Positions 45,710-56,171 of a DNA stretch of 64,000 bases are shown here, piece after piece. Both the position numbers and the translations under genes were made by a program. Numbering within the stretch: position 1 is the stretch's first letter; every line of letters begins with the position of its first letter. The notes under the pieces are model-generated. The model was not told the origin of the DNA. It did no database searches and saw only the letters and a program-made list of their open reading frames with translations. The stretch is from Jiangellaceae bacterium. GTDB lineage: Bacteria > Actinomycetota > Actinomycetes > Jiangellales > Jiangellaceae. The stretch is from NCBI GenBank assembly GCA_036373915.1, contig DASUUU010000157.1:2429-66428 (forward strand), read 5' to 3'.

Positions 45710-47116
45710 ATGCAGACGACTGACGACACGGGGGCCGAGCAACCGGTGCAAGTGCGCTTTCCCGACGGCTTCGTGTGGGGCGCGGCCACCGCGTCGTACC
45801 AGATCGAGGGAGCCGCTGCTGAGGACGGCCGGGCGCCGTCGATCTGGGACACCTTCAGCCACGCTCCGGGCAAGACCCACAACGGCGACACCGGCGACGT
45901 GGCGTGTGATCACTACCACCGCTATGCCGAGGACGTCGACCTGATGGCCGGCCTCGGCCTGCAGGCATACCGGTTCTCGGTGGCCTGGCCCCGCATCGTC
46001 CCGGCCGGCGTCGGCGAGCCCAACCCGGCCGGGCTCGACTTCTACGACCGACTGGTCGACGCACTCGTGGCGCACCACATCGAGCCGATCGTCACCCTCT
46101 ACCACTGGGACCTGCCCCAAGCGCTCGAGGACGTAGGCGGCTGGCGGTCACGCGAAACCGCGTACCGATTCGCCGAGTACGCGGTTCACGTCTACGACCG
46201 CATCGGCGACCGGGTCGGCCGGTGGCTCACCCTCAACGAACCGTGGTGCTCGGCGTTCCTGGGCCATGCGGCGGGCGTCCACGCGCCGGGGCATAGAGAC
46301 CCGGCGAAGGCCTTCGCGGCCGTCCACCACCTGCTGCTCGGCCACGGGGAAGCGGTGCGGACGCTCCGGTCGGCAGGGGCGGCCAGCGTCGGGATCACCG
46401 TCAATCCGGCTTCCGTCCGGCCGGCGGACGCCGAATCGGACGCCGACGTCGCGGCAGCCCGGCTGGTGGACGGGCTGCACAACCGCATCTTCCTCGATCC
46501 GATCTTCGGCCGCGGCTACCCGGACGACGTGCTCGAGGTGATCGGCCGCCACGGCGGCACGGACTGGCTGCGCGAGGGCGACCAGGACCGCATCGGCGCG
46601 GCGATCGACCTGCTCGGCGTCAATTACTACTATCCGACTGTCGTGGCGTCCGCACCCGGCGCGGCAGCCGTCCCGGAGTACCCCGGAACGGAAGGCATTG
46701 CGCTACCGCGCGCATCCGGTCCCGTCACCGCGATGGGCTGGCCGATCGAGCCGGCGAGCTTCACCGACCTGCTGGTCCGCCTGGCGACCGACTACCCCGG
46801 CGTCCCGTTGTGGATCACCGAGAACGGCGCTGCCTTCGACGACACGCCGTCCGCCGACGGTCGCGTGCCCGACCCGGATCGGATCAACTACCTCGACGGA
46901 CACCTTCGCGCCGTCCACGCCGCAATCGGGCGGGGCGCCGATGTGCGCGGCTACCTCGTCTGGTCGCTGATGGACAATTTCGAGTGGGCCAAGGGGTTCA
47001 GCAAGCGGTTCGGCATCGTCCGTGTCGACTACGACACGCAGGCGCGCATGCCGAAGGACAGCGCCTACTGGTACCGGGACGTCATCGCGCGAAACGGCCT
47101 CACCGCCACCGACTGA
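45710..47116 (+). CDS. GH1 beta-glucosidase
   Basis: FVWGAATASYQIEGA, TLNEPW (acid/base Glu) and ITENGAAF (nucleophile Glu). Confidence 0.9.
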   Translation: MQTTDDTGAEQPVQVRFPDGFVWGAATASYQIEGAAAEDGRAPSIWDTFSHAPGKTHNGDTGDVACDHYHRYAEDVDLMAGLGLQAYRFSVAWPRIVPAGVGEPNPAGLDFYDRLVDALVAHHIEPIVTLYHWDLPQALEDVGGWRSRETAYRFAEYAVHVYDRIGDRVGRWLTLNEPWCSAFLGHAAGVHAPGHRDPAKAFAAVHHLLLGHGEAVRTLRSAGAASVGITVNPASVRPADAESDADVAAARLVDGLHNRIFLDPIFGRGYPDDVLEVIGRHGGTDWLREGDQDRIGAAIDLLGVNYYYPTVVASAPGAAAVPEYPGTEGIALPRASGPVTAMGWPIEPASFTDLLVRLATDYPGVPLWITENGAAFDDTPSADGRVPDPDRINYLDGHLRAVHAAIGRGADVRGYLVWSLMDNFEWAKGFSKRFGIVRVDYDTQARMPKDSAYWYRDVIARNGLTATD

Positions 47117-47143
47117 TCCGCCGGCACGCGCTGGGCCTTGGTT

Positions 47144-47218
47144 GCCTTTGAGCGCCTTTGCAATGCACACCTCAGGGAAGCGCGGATCTGCGCTTCCCAT
47201 TGGTGTGCATTGCAAAGG
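47144..47218. repeat. REP-like palindromic element, copy B (compact hairpin)
   Basis: GCCTTTGAGCGC then CTTTGCAATGCACAC-ctcag-GGAAGCGC-ggatct-GCGCTTCC-cattg-GTGTGCATTGCAAAG. It lies between convergent genes. Confidence 0.75.
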
Positions 47219-47284
47219 GCGCGAAGAGGTGGGTGCCCTGGCCTCGTGAAATTCCTGCGGGGACGGCGCTCAGCGGCCGGGGCG

Positions 47285-47635
47285 TCATTGCCGCAACAGC
47301 CAGCGGATCCGGTCGAGCGCGAACACATGGTGGATCACATTGAGTGCGCCGAGGACGATTGCGATCACCGGAGCACCGCCGAGCCAGAACATCACGCAGC
47401 CGCCGCCCAGCACGAGCACCTCGATGACAAGGCGCACCGGCCCGCTGACGGCGACCGGTGCCCGCCCGCCGCGGCTCGGGTCGTGAGCAACCGCGAACGC
47501 CCCCCACGCCACCACCGTCAGCACCAGCAGGCCGAGCCCCAGCGGCCACGAGCCAAGCTGCCAACCACCCCAGGCGAAGCCGGTCCACGCGGCCAATTCG
47601 AGCAGGAATCGAAGCGCCAGGTTCCAGCCCGGCAT
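47285..47635 (-). CDS. DUF2568/YrdB-like small membrane protein
   Basis: WNLALRFLLELAAWTGFAWGGW... with four hydrophobic helices. ATG 47635 preferred. The track's GTG 47698 would add the AEPNGQ repeats. Confidence 0.6.
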   Translation of the reverse strand: MPGWNLALRFLLELAAWTGFAWGGWQLGSWPLGLGLLVLTVVAWGAFAVAHDPSRGGRAPVAVSGPVRLVIEVLVLGGGCVMFWLGGAPVIAIVLGALNVIHHVFALDRIRWLLRQ

Positions 47636-47696
47636 CTGTCCGTTGGGTTCAGCCACGATCTGTCCGTTGGGTTCAGCCTGTCCGTTGGGTTCAGCC
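47636..47696. repeat. three tandem copies of CTGTCCGTTGGGTTCAGCC (24- and 18-nt periods)
   Basis: Copies at 47636-47654, 47660-47678 and 47679-47696. They are in frame with the downstream gene and would encode AEPNGQ three times. Confidence 0.85.
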
Positions 47697-47769
47697 ACGA
47701 TCGCCGAGCGTAACCGCGCTGAGCCGGACGGGCCGAGCCGATCCCGGCTGGCAGAAAATAGGTTGTGAA

Positions 47770-47779
47770 TGAGTACTCA
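47770..47779. promoter_or_regulatory. palindrome TGAGTACTCA upstream of the TetR gene
   Basis: A perfect 10-bp palindrome 21 bp upstream of the GTG at 47800. Confidence 0.4.
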
Positions 47780-47799
47780 CTCAGTTAGACTCTTACATC

Positions 47800-48387
47800 G
47801 TGCTGGAGACCAAGCGCTCGTCCCGAGCGGCGCCGATGCGTCCCGGGGAGCGACGCGCGGCGATCATCACAGCGACCGTGCCGCTCGTCAGAGAGCATGG
47901 GTTCGACGTGAGCACCCGGCAGATCGCCGAGGCCGCCGGCATCGCGGAGGGCACGATCTTCCGGGTCTTCGAGACCAAGGACGAGCTGTTGCAGGAGGCC
48001 GTCCGGGCCGCGCTCGACCCGTCCGAAACCGAGGAGAAGATGCGCGCCATCGACCCTGACCTGCCACTTGAACAGCGGATCGAGGCCGCGGCAACGCTTC
48101 TGCAACGGCAGATGGCAAACAACGTGCAGCTCGTGGCGGCCGTCGGCCTGGCACGCATTCCGCACGAGGCCCACGCCGACCGGCAGAACCGGCACGCGCA
48201 ACACATCGAGCTGCTGAGCCGGCTGTTCGAGCCTGACCGGGCCGAGCTGTCGTGCGAACCTCGCGACGCGGCGCGGTATTTCCAGATCCTCGCGCTCGGC
48301 GGATCACACCCGCATCTGTCCGGCGGACGCACCTTGACGCCGGCAGAGATCACCTCCCTCCTCCTGAACGGCATACACCGCCGATGA
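47800..48387 (+). CDS. TetR/AcrR family transcriptional regulator
   Basis: [47 protein letters not shown]. Confidence 0.85.
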   Translation: MLETKRSSRAAPMRPGERRAAIITATVPLVREHGFDVSTRQIAEAAGIAEGTIFRVFETKDELLQEAVRAALDPSETEEKMRAIDPDLPLEQRIEAAATLLQRQMANNVQLVAAVGLARIPHEAHADRQNRHAQHIELLSRLFEPDRAELSCEPRDAARYFQILALGGSHPHLSGGRTLTPAEITSLLLNGIHRR

Positions 48388-48412
48388 CCATCGAAGAACC
48401 GGAGCGCCCCCG

Positions 48413-50146
48413 TTGCTGATCGACCTGCTGCGAACCTACCTGCGCCCGTACCGGCGGTGGCTGGCCGGCGTCATAGCGTTGCAACTCGCCGGAACGCTCG
48501 CCGCCTTGTACCTGCCGAGCCTCAACGCCGACATCATCGACAACGGCATCGCCCGCGGCAACACCGGCTACATCGTCTCGACCGGCGGCTGGATGCTGAT
48601 CGTGACGCTCGTGCAGGGGGTCAGCATCGTGGGCGGCGTGTACTGCGGCGCCCGGGCGGCGATGGCCTTCGGCAGGGACGTGCGCGCGGCGGTTTTCGCC
48701 CGCGTCGGCACCTTCTCCACCCGGGAGGTCGCGCAGTTCGGGGCGCCGTCGCTGATCACCCGCAACACCAACGACGTGCAGCAGGTCCAGATGCTCGTGG
48801 TGGTCACGACGACCATGCTGGTGATGGCACCGATCATGGGCATCGGCGGCATCATCATGGCACTTCAGCAGGACGTTGGGCTCTCCTGGTTGCTGCTGGT
48901 TTCCGTACCGGCGCTGCTGTTCGGCATGCTGCTGATCGTCCGCGAGATGCTCCCGGCCTTCCGGGCGATGCAGAGCCGGATCGACAACGTCAACCGTGTC
49001 ATGCGCGAGCAGATCACCGGAATCCGCGTCGTGCGGGCGTTCGTCCGCGAGCGGGACGAATCCAGAAGGTTCGCCGACGCCAACGCAGCCCTGACGGAGA
49101 CCGCCCTGCGGGTGGGCCGGCTGATGGCGTTGGTCTTCCCGTTCATCGTTATCGTGCTCAACGCCTCGAGCGTCGCGGTGCTGTGGTTCGGGGGCTTACG
49201 CGTCGAGGCCGGTCAGATGCAGGTCGGGGCGCTGACGGCGTTCCTCACCTACCTGATGCACATCCTCATGGCTGTCATGATGGCGACCTTCATGCTCGTG
49301 ATGGTGCCGCGAGCCGCGGTCTCCGCCGAACGGATCAGCGAGGTTCTGGCGACCCGCTCGTCGGTAATCCCACCGGCCGAACCGGTCACCGAGCTTCCGG
49401 CGCCAGGCACCGTGGAGTTGCGCGCCGCCGGGTTCGCCTATCCGGGTGCGGAGGAGCCGGTGCTCCGCGACATCACCTTCAGCGCCGTAGCCGGCCAGCG
49501 GACGGCGATCATTGGCAGCACGGGTGCGGGCAAGTCCACGCTGCTGAACCTGATCCCCCGGCTGATGGACGCCACATCGGGCGAGGTACGCGTCGGCGGC
49601 GTCGACGTACGCCGGCTCGACCCCCGCGTGCTGCACGCCCAGATCGGTCTGGTCCCGCAGAAGGCGTTCCTGTTCACCGGGACGGTGGCGAGCAACCTGC
49701 GTTACGGCGATCCCGACGTCAACGACGACGACCTCTGGGCGGCGCTCGACGTCGCGCAAGCACGGCAGTTCGTCGAAGCACTGCCGGCCGGCCTCGACTC
49801 GCCCGTCGCCCAAGGTGGCACGAACTTCTCCGGCGGCCAACGCCAGCGGCTCGCAATCGCCAGGGCGCTGGTCAAGCGTCCGGCGATCTACTTGTTCGAC
49901 GACTCGTTCTCAGCGCTCGACGTCGGGACGGACGCCCGCCTGCGCGCGGACCTGCGACCCTGGACGGCCGAAGCCGCCGTGCTGATCGTCGCCCAGCGGG
50001 TTGCCACGATCATCGACGCCGACCAGATCGTCGTGCTCGACGACGGCGCGGTGGTAGGGATCGGCACGCACGAGGAACTCGTCGAGACCTGCCCGACCTA
50101 CGCCGAGATCGTCTCGTCCCAACTCGCTGCCGCGGAGGCCGCCTGA
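48413..50146 (+). CDS. ABC transporter, fused permease/ATP-binding subunit (type I exporter half-transporter)
   Basis: Six N-terminal TM helices. [24 protein letters not shown] and [12 protein letters not shown]. Confidence 0.9.
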   Translation: MLIDLLRTYLRPYRRWLAGVIALQLAGTLAALYLPSLNADIIDNGIARGNTGYIVSTGGWMLIVTLVQGVSIVGGVYCGARAAMAFGRDVRAAVFARVGTFSTREVAQFGAPSLITRNTNDVQQVQMLVVVTTTMLVMAPIMGIGGIIMALQQDVGLSWLLLVSVPALLFGMLLIVREMLPAFRAMQSRIDNVNRVMREQITGIRVVRAFVRERDESRRFADANAALTETALRVGRLMALVFPFIVIVLNASSVAVLWFGGLRVEAGQMQVGALTAFLTYLMHILMAVMMATFMLVMVPRAAVSAERISEVLATRSSVIPPAEPVTELPAPGTVELRAAGFAYPGAEEPVLRDITFSAVAGQRTAIIGSTGAGKSTLLNLIPRLMDATSGEVRVGGVDVRRLDPRVLHAQIGLVPQKAFLFTGTVASNLRYGDPDVNDDDLWAALDVAQARQFVEALPAGLDSPVAQGGTNFSGGQRQRLAIARALVKRPAIYLFDDSFSALDVGTDARLRADLRPWTAEAAVLIVAQRVATIIDADQIVVLDDGAVVGIGTHEELVETCPTYAEIVSSQLAAAEAA

Positions 50147-52152
50147 TGAGTGCTCACCAACAGCACAGTCCGACGCCGCCCGCCGGTGCGCCGGCGCGCC
50201 CGGCGACGATGCCGATCGGACCGCGCCCGGGTGGCCCGCTCGGCGGCATGGCCGGGCCGCCGCAGAAAGCACTCAACTTCGGCCCGTCTGCCCGTCGACT
50301 GCTCGGCCGGCTGCGTCCGGAACGGACCGGGCTCATCGCGGTCGTGACCCTGACCATCGCAAGCATCGTGCTCAACGTTCTGGGTCCGCGGATCTTGGGG
50401 CACGCGACCGACTTGATCTTCTCCGGCGCCATGGGCAATCAGCTGCCGGCCGGGCTGACCAAAGAGGAGGCTCTCGAGCGCCTGCGCGCCGACGGGCAGG
50501 GCCAGCTCGCCGACATGTTGTCCGGCATGGACGTCGTTCCGGGCCAAGGCATCGACTTCGGTGCGCTGCGTTGGGTGCTGGCCGGATTACTGGCGCTGTA
50601 CGTCGGTGCCGCGTTGTTCATGTGGGTACAGGGTTACCTGCTGGCCGGCATCGTGCAGCGAAGTATGTACCGGCTGCGGTCCGACGTCGAGGACAAGCTA
50701 CACCGACTCCCGCTGGGCTACTTCGACCGCACTCAGCGCGGCGATGTGCTCAGCCGGGTGACCAACGACATCGACAACGTCGGTCAAAGCCTCCAGCAGA
50801 CGCTCAGCCAGTTGCTCACCTCGCTGCTGACCATCATCGGCGTACTGACGATGATGGTCATCATCTCACCGCTGCTCGCGGTGATCGCCATTGTCACGGT
50901 CCCGCTCTCGATCGCCGTCACCACGCTGATCGCCAAACGGTCCCAACCGCAATTCGTCGCCCAGTGGGCGCGGACCGGCACGCTCAATGCCCGGATCGAG
51001 GAGACCTACACCGGCCACGAGGTCGTGCGGGTGTTCGGTCGGCAGGCCGAGACGCAGGCGGCTTTCGACCGCGAGAACGAGGAGCTCTACGAGTCGAGCT
51101 TCAGGGCGCAGTTCATCTCGGGGCTGATCCGGCCGGCGATGATGTTCCTGGGCAGCGCCAACTACGTCGCCATTGCCGTGATCGGTGGCCTACGGGTGGC
51201 CTCGGGCTCGATGAGCCTGGGAGAGGTGCAGGCGTTCATCCAGTACACGCAGCACTTCACCCAGCCGCTGACCCAGCTGGCGGCGATGGCGAACCTCGTC
51301 CAGTCGGGCGTCGCGTCCGCAGAGCGGGTCTTCGAGTTCCTCGACGAGCCGGAGGAGCGCCCGGACGCAGATCCCGCGACCGACGGCCTCGGCAACGGGG
51401 CGCCGGTACGCGGAAGGGTCACCTTCGAGAGCATCTCGTTCCGGTATGAGCCGGACGCACCGCTCATCGACGACCTGTCCCTCACCGTCGAGCCAGGGCA
51501 GACGGTTGCCATCGTCGGGCCCACCGGTGCCGGCAAGACGACCCTGGTCAACTTGATCATGCGCTTCTATGAGCTGGACGCGGGACGGATCACGCTCGAA
51601 GGGCGCGACATTGCCACAATGCCGCGCAGCGAGCTGCGATCGAGCGTCGGCATGGTACTTCAGGACACCTGGCTGTTCGGCGGGACGATCCGCGACAACA
51701 TCGCCTACGGCGACCCGACGGCCAGCGACGAGCAGATCCACGCCGCGGCGGCCGCCGCCCACGTGGATACGTACATCCACTCCCTGCCGGACGGGTACGA
51801 CACCGTCATCAACGAAGAGGCGGACAACATCAGCGCCGGCGAAAAGCAGCTGATCACGATTGCCCGCGCCTTCCTCACCGACCCGGCATTGCTCATCCTC
51901 GACGAGGCAACCAGCTCGGTCGACACCCGGACCGAGTTGCTCGTCCAGAAGGCGATGGCCGCCCTACGTGGGGATCGGACCAGCTTCGTCATCGCCCACC
52001 GGCTCTCCACAATCCGGGACGCCGATCTGATCCTTGTCATGCAGGACGGCGCCATCGTCGAGCAGGGTGACCACGCCGAACTGCTGGATCGCCGCGGCGC
52101 GTACTTCGAGCTCTACCAGAGCCAGTTCACGGGCCCCGCCGTCGACGCCTGA
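50146..52152 (+). CDS. ABC transporter, fused permease/ATP-binding subunit (partner half-transporter)
   Basis: ATG 50146 overlaps the upstream TGA by 1 nt. [24 protein letters not shown] and [12 protein letters not shown]. The track's 1231-aa ORF is a 5' shadow extension. Confidence 0.9.
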   Translation: MSAHQQHSPTPPAGAPARPATMPIGPRPGGPLGGMAGPPQKALNFGPSARRLLGRLRPERTGLIAVVTLTIASIVLNVLGPRILGHATDLIFSGAMGNQLPAGLTKEEALERLRADGQGQLADMLSGMDVVPGQGIDFGALRWVLAGLLALYVGAALFMWVQGYLLAGIVQRSMYRLRSDVEDKLHRLPLGYFDRTQRGDVLSRVTNDIDNVGQSLQQTLSQLLTSLLTIIGVLTMMVIISPLLAVIAIVTVPLSIAVTTLIAKRSQPQFVAQWARTGTLNARIEETYTGHEVVRVFGRQAETQAAFDRENEELYESSFRAQFISGLIRPAMMFLGSANYVAIAVIGGLRVASGSMSLGEVQAFIQYTQHFTQPLTQLAAMANLVQSGVASAERVFEFLDEPEERPDADPATDGLGNGAPVRGRVTFESISFRYEPDAPLIDDLSLTVEPGQTVAIVGPTGAGKTTLVNLIMRFYELDAGRITLEGRDIATMPRSELRSSVGMVLQDTWLFGGTIRDNIAYGDPTASDEQIHAAAAAAHVDTYIHSLPDGYDTVINEEADNISAGEKQLITIARAFLTDPALLILDEATSSVDTRTELLVQKAMAALRGDRTSFVIAHRLSTIRDADLILVMQDGAIVEQGDHAELLDRRGAYFELYQSQFTGPAVDA

Positions 52153-52240
52153 CCTGCGAAGATCACGTGGTCGGGACTGGCGCGACACGCCGGCCTGCCT
52201 CCGCAAGTCGAGTCCACGTGATCACGGAGTAAGGAGTTGC

Positions 52241-53146
52241 GTGCAAGACATCCTGGCGGCATTCGGAGCCCTGTGGGCGATCACCGCGCTCGGCTGGCTG
52301 ATCGGCCGTTACCGGCTGCTCGGCCCGGGCTCGGAAGTCGTGCTGGCCCGGCTGGTCTTCTTCGTGGCCGCGCCTGCGCTGTTGCTCTTCACGATTGCCA
52401 CTACGCCTGTCACCGGCATCTTCACCGCCGCATTCGTGCCGTTCCTCGGCAGCACTCTTGTCGCGGCCCTCATGACGATCGGCCTCGCCCGCTGGCGGTG
52501 GCGTCTCGGGCGCGGCGAGGGCATGGTGGCGACCCTCTGTGCCTCCTATGTCAACGCCGGCTACCTGGGAATCCCTATCGCGGCGTTCGTGCTCAACGAC
52601 GTGGCGTACGCGGTTCCGGTGATCCTGTTCCAGACCTTGCTGTTCGCACCGACCGCGTTGGCCGTGCTCGACAGCCGGCCAGGGATCAAGGGACTGCTCG
52701 CCGTGCCCGCGCGCAACCCGATAATTCCCGCCTGTGCGATCGGCCTGGTGATCACGTCGTCGGGGTGGTCGCCGCCGGCTGCCCTGCTGCGCCCGTTCGA
52801 GCTCGTGGGCTCGGCCGCGGTGCCGTTGGCGCTGCTGGCCCTCGGGCTGTCGCTGGGCGGAGCGCGGCCGCTGCACAACGGACCGGACGCCGAGATCCGA
52901 TACGGCGTCGTGGCCATCAAGGTGCTCGGCCAGCCAGCGGTGGCGTACCTCATTGCGCGTCTTCTTGGGCTCCACGGTGACCTGCTCCTCGCGGCAGTTG
53001 TGATGTCCGCGCTGCCCACCGCGCAGAACGTCTTCGTGTTCGCCACCCGGTTCAGGCGGGCGGCCGGCCTTGCACGCGACGCAGTGGTGCTCTCAACCCT
53101 CATCGGTGCGATCTCGCTGACCCTCGTCACCGTGTTGCTGCGCTAG
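52241..53146 (+). CDS. AEC (auxin efflux carrier) family transporter
   Basis: About 10 TM helices. GTG 52241 follows AAGGAG. The track's 5' extension overlaps the ABC gene. Confidence 0.8.
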   Translation: MQDILAAFGALWAITALGWLIGRYRLLGPGSEVVLARLVFFVAAPALLLFTIATTPVTGIFTAAFVPFLGSTLVAALMTIGLARWRWRLGRGEGMVATLCASYVNAGYLGIPIAAFVLNDVAYAVPVILFQTLLFAPTALAVLDSRPGIKGLLAVPARNPIIPACAIGLVITSSGWSPPAALLRPFELVGSAAVPLALLALGLSLGGARPLHNGPDAEIRYGVVAIKVLGQPAVAYLIARLLGLHGDLLLAAVVMSALPTAQNVFVFATRFRRAAGLARDAVVLSTLIGAISLTLVTVLLR

Positions 53147-53170
53147 CGAACCGGCCGTCGCGACACTAAC

Positions 53171-53842
53171 ATGTTAGATGTGAGCTCCCTTCCTCGGGTG
53201 TCGCGCACGCTGCTACGCGACACCGCCTACGAAGCGCTACGTGACGCCATTGTTCGCGGCGAGCTCACGCCCGGTTCCCACGTCCGTGACGCCGATCTCG
53301 CCGAGCAACTCGGGCTGTCCCGCGCACCGATTCGCAACGCGCTCGCCAGGCTCGCGGACGACGGCCTGGTGGAGACCAAGCCGCAGAGCTACACCCGGAT
53401 CGCACCCCTCGTTCTTCGTGACGTGCGCGAAGCCGCCGCGGTCGTGCGGGCGATGCACGAGTTGGCCACCAGGACGGCCGTGCCCATGCTCACAAACGCG
53501 GACGTCGCCGCAATGCGAAGGGCCAACCGCCGGTTCAAGACGGCGACCCGAAAGGGAGACGCCGTTTGCGCGATGACCGCGGACGATCAACTCCACGGAG
53601 TCCTCGTGCGAGCCTGCGGCAACCGTGCCGTCGCGGCCACCATAGAGCGCTACACACCGCTGATCCGGCGGCTGGAACTCCGCCAGTTCAGCGCGTCCGC
53701 CGCGCAGCGATCCGTGGAACGACATGAACAGCTCATCGCCGCCTGTGCCAGCGGCGACACCGACCGGGCCGTGAGCGTCACGGCCACCATCTGGCAAGCG
53801 CTCGAGAACCTTGCCGACGACGACCTGACAACCGAGGAGTGA
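53171..53842 (+). CDS. GntR family transcriptional regulator (FCD type)
   Basis: [50 protein letters not shown], plus a helical C-terminal domain. Confidence 0.85.
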   Translation: MLDVSSLPRVSRTLLRDTAYEALRDAIVRGELTPGSHVRDADLAEQLGLSRAPIRNALARLADDGLVETKPQSYTRIAPLVLRDVREAAAVVRAMHELATRTAVPMLTNADVAAMRRANRRFKTATRKGDAVCAMTADDQLHGVLVRACGNRAVAATIERYTPLIRRLELRQFSASAAQRSVERHEQLIAACASGDTDRAVSVTATIWQALENLADDDLTTEE

Positions 53843-53846
53843 CCCC

Positions 53847-54869
53847 ATGCCCGCCATCACGTCGTTCGACCGCTATCCACTGCTGTTCGGGCCGTCTCCA
53901 GTGCACCGGCTCGAGCGACTGTCCCAGCACCTCGGCGGTGCGGCCATCTGGGCCAAGCGCGAGGACTGCAACTCAGGGCTTGCGTACGGCGGCAACAAGA
54001 CCCGCAAGCTCGAGTATCTGGTGGCCGACGCGCTGGCCAAGGGCTGCGACACGCTGGTTTCGATCGGCGGCGTGCAGTCGAACCACACCAGGCAGGTGGC
54101 TGCGGTGGCGGCGCGGGCCGGACTCAAGTGCGTGCTCATCCAGGAGAGCTGGGTCGACTGGCCGGACGCGGTCTACGACAAGGTCGGCAACATCCTGCTC
54201 AGCCGGCTGACGGGGGCCGACGTCCGGCTGGTGCGAGCCGAGTTCGGCATCGGCTTCAAGGAGAGCTGGGAACAGGCGCTCCGCGAGATCGAGGAACGCG
54301 GCGGCAAAACGTACGCCATCCCGGCCGGGGCGTCCGACCACCCGCTCGGCGGCCTGGGCTTCGCCAACTGGGCCTACGAGGTGGCTGAGCAGGAGCGGGA
54401 CCTCGGCATCTTCTTCGACACGGTGATCGTATGCTCGGTGACCGGCAGCACCCAGGCCGGGATGATCGCCGGATTCGCCGCGCTGGCGGAGGCCGGCGGG
54501 CGGCCGCGCCGGGTGATCGGCATCGACGCGTCGGCCAAGCCGAAGGAGACCCATGCTCAGGTGGCCCGCATCGCACGCCAGACCGCGTCGCTGATCGGCG
54601 TCGAGCGCGACCTGCGGGACGACGAGATCGTGCTGGACGAGCACTACCACGCGGGTACGTACGGCATCCCCGACGAGGCCACCCTCGATGCGATTCGGCT
54701 CACCGCGCGGCTCGAGGGGATGATCACCGATCCGGTGTACGAGGGCAAGTCGATGGCCGGGCTGATCGACCTGGTGAACCGCGGCGAGATCGGATCCGAT
54801 TCGACGGTGCTCTACGCCCATCTGGGCGGGCAGCCGGCGCTAAACGGCTACAGCGCGCTGTTCTCCTGA
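53847..54869 (+). CDS. acdS: 1-aminocyclopropane-1-carboxylate deaminase
   Basis: [25 protein letters not shown]...[23 protein letters not shown]...[18 protein letters not shown]...[12 protein letters not shown]...[13 protein letters not shown]. The Lys, Ser, Tyr-Glu and Leu diagnostic positions appear to be present. Confidence 0.85.
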   Translation: MPAITSFDRYPLLFGPSPVHRLERLSQHLGGAAIWAKREDCNSGLAYGGNKTRKLEYLVADALAKGCDTLVSIGGVQSNHTRQVAAVAARAGLKCVLIQESWVDWPDAVYDKVGNILLSRLTGADVRLVRAEFGIGFKESWEQALREIEERGGKTYAIPAGASDHPLGGLGFANWAYEVAEQERDLGIFFDTVIVCSVTGSTQAGMIAGFAALAEAGGRPRRVIGIDASAKPKETHAQVARIARQTASLIGVERDLRDDEIVLDEHYHAGTYGIPDEATLDAIRLTARLEGMITDPVYEGKSMAGLIDLVNRGEIGSDSTVLYAHLGGQPALNGYSALFS

Positions 54870-54891
54870 CCGGATCTGCAGTCCGCCTCCC

Positions 54892-54907
54892 GTAGTACAT
54901 GTGCTAC
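54892..54907. promoter_or_regulatory. imperfect palindrome upstream of the antitoxin gene
   Basis: GTAGTACATGTGCTAC (ACATGT core) 11 bp upstream of the ATG at 54918. Confidence 0.35.
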
Positions 54908-54917
54908 AGTCGGCACT

Positions 54918-55184
54918 ATGGCGAAGCCGGCGCGGATCCCTGTTCGTGAGCTTCGCAACCATGTGAGCGAGGTACTGCGGCGCGTCGAGGCCGGTGAGAC
55001 GCTCGAGGTCACGGTCAATAATCGCCCGGTCGCACTGCTCGTACCCACGCGCGCGCGGCCCCGCACGGTGTCGACCCGCCACCTCCTGGGAAGCATTCGA
55101 CAAGCCGACGCCGGGCTCCGCGATGACCTTGCCGCGGAGTTGACGCAGACGACTGACGATCTTTCGGATCCATGGCCGCAGTAG
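54918..55184 (+). CDS. type II antitoxin (Phd/YefM family)
   Basis: IPVRELRNHVSEVLRRVEAGETLEVTVNNRPVALLVP. It overlaps the PIN gene by 13 nt. Confidence 0.8.
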   Translation: MAKPARIPVRELRNHVSEVLRRVEAGETLEVTVNNRPVALLVPTRARPRTVSTRHLLGSIRQADAGLRDDLAAELTQTTDDLSDPWPQ

Positions 55185-55594
55185 CCCCGAATGCTGCTAC
55201 GCCGCCGCTGATCGGGCTGCTTGACACATCGGTCTTCATCGCCGAGGAATCGGGACGGCCGCTCGCCCAGGAGCGACTCCCAGAGCAATCCGCGGTCAGC
55301 GCCATCACGATCGGCGAACTTCGGTGGGGTGTCCTCCTGGCTGCCAATGACGAGGCGCGTTCGCAGCGGCTCGACACCCTCACTGATGCGTCACAGCTGG
55401 ATCCGGTGCCAGTTGACGAGCGGGTCGCCGCGGCCTGGGCGCTGCTTCGGCAGAAGCTGAGATCGGTCGGCGCGAAGATGGAGATCAACGACTCATGGAT
55501 TGCGGCCACCGCGATCGCATACCAATGGCCCGTCGTCACTCAGGACGACGGCTTTCCAAGCGAGATCCCAGAGCTCACAGTCATCAAGGTGTAG
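55172..55594 (+). CDS. vapC: type II toxin, PIN domain ribonuclease
   Basis: LLDTSVFIAEE, ITIGELRWGV and NDSWIAATAIAYQWPVVTQDDGF (acidic PIN residues). Confidence 0.8.
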   Translation: MAAVAPNAATPPLIGLLDTSVFIAEESGRPLAQERLPEQSAVSAITIGELRWGVLLAANDEARSQRLDTLTDASQLDPVPVDERVAAAWALLRQKLRSVGAKMEINDSWIAATAIAYQWPVVTQDDGFPSEIPELTVIKV

Positions 55595-55624
55595 CAGCAC
55601 CCGCGGCCCGTCGACGTCGCCACC

Positions 55625-56161
55625 TCAAGGGCCGGGTGCCAGTGGCAGCGCCATGAGCAGGTCGGTCTGCAACTCCGAGCCGAACCGGAAGGCGTGAGTG
55701 CCGACCTTTCTGTAACCGAGCCGCTCGTAGAATCTGATCGCTCTCGGGTTTTTCTCCCACACGCCGAGCCAGAGGACGTCGCAGTCCGCCCCCCGCGCAT
55801 GCTCGGCACAGGCATCGAGCAGTGCGCGCCCCAAGCCCCGGCCATGCTCACCCGAGTCGATGTAGAGCTGGTTCAGCTCGGCCGGCCGGGCGGCCACGAT
55901 GCCGTCCTCGGTGCTGCCGACGACCAGCTTTGCGAATCCGATGATGCGGCCCGCTTCCTCGGCGACGACGTAGGTGACGCTGGGATCGCGTAGCGCTCCC
56001 GAAATGGCCGGCTGGTTGTAGTTCTCGGCGATGTGCGCCGCCAGCTCCGCCGGATCGTTCGCGTGTCCGTAGGTGTCGCGGAACGTTCGCGCACCCAGGT
56101 CGACCAACGCGGCTACGTCGTGCTCGGTCGCTGAGCGAATCGTCACCTTGGGCGCCACCAT
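55625..56161 (-). CDS. GNAT family N-acetyltransferase
   Basis: QLYIDSGEHGRGLGRALLDA acetyl-CoA loop and NPRAIRFYERLGY. Confidence 0.85.
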   Translation of the reverse strand: MVAPKVTIRSATEHDVAALVDLGARTFRDTYGHANDPAELAAHIAENYNQPAISGALRDPSVTYVVAEEAGRIIGFAKLVVGSTEDGIVAARPAELNQLYIDSGEHGRGLGRALLDACAEHARGADCDVLWLGVWEKNPRAIRFYERLGYRKVGTHAFRFGSELQTDLLMALPLAPGP

Positions 56162-56171
56162 GCGCGGCAGG

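Noticed and set aside
48457-50145. N-terminal 563 codons of the 1231-aa track ORF 48457-52152.
   Set aside because: This is an out-of-frame shadow over the first ABC half-transporter, with Arg/Gly/Pro-rich nonsense translation. The real second gene starts at ATG 50146, which overlaps the first gene's stop.
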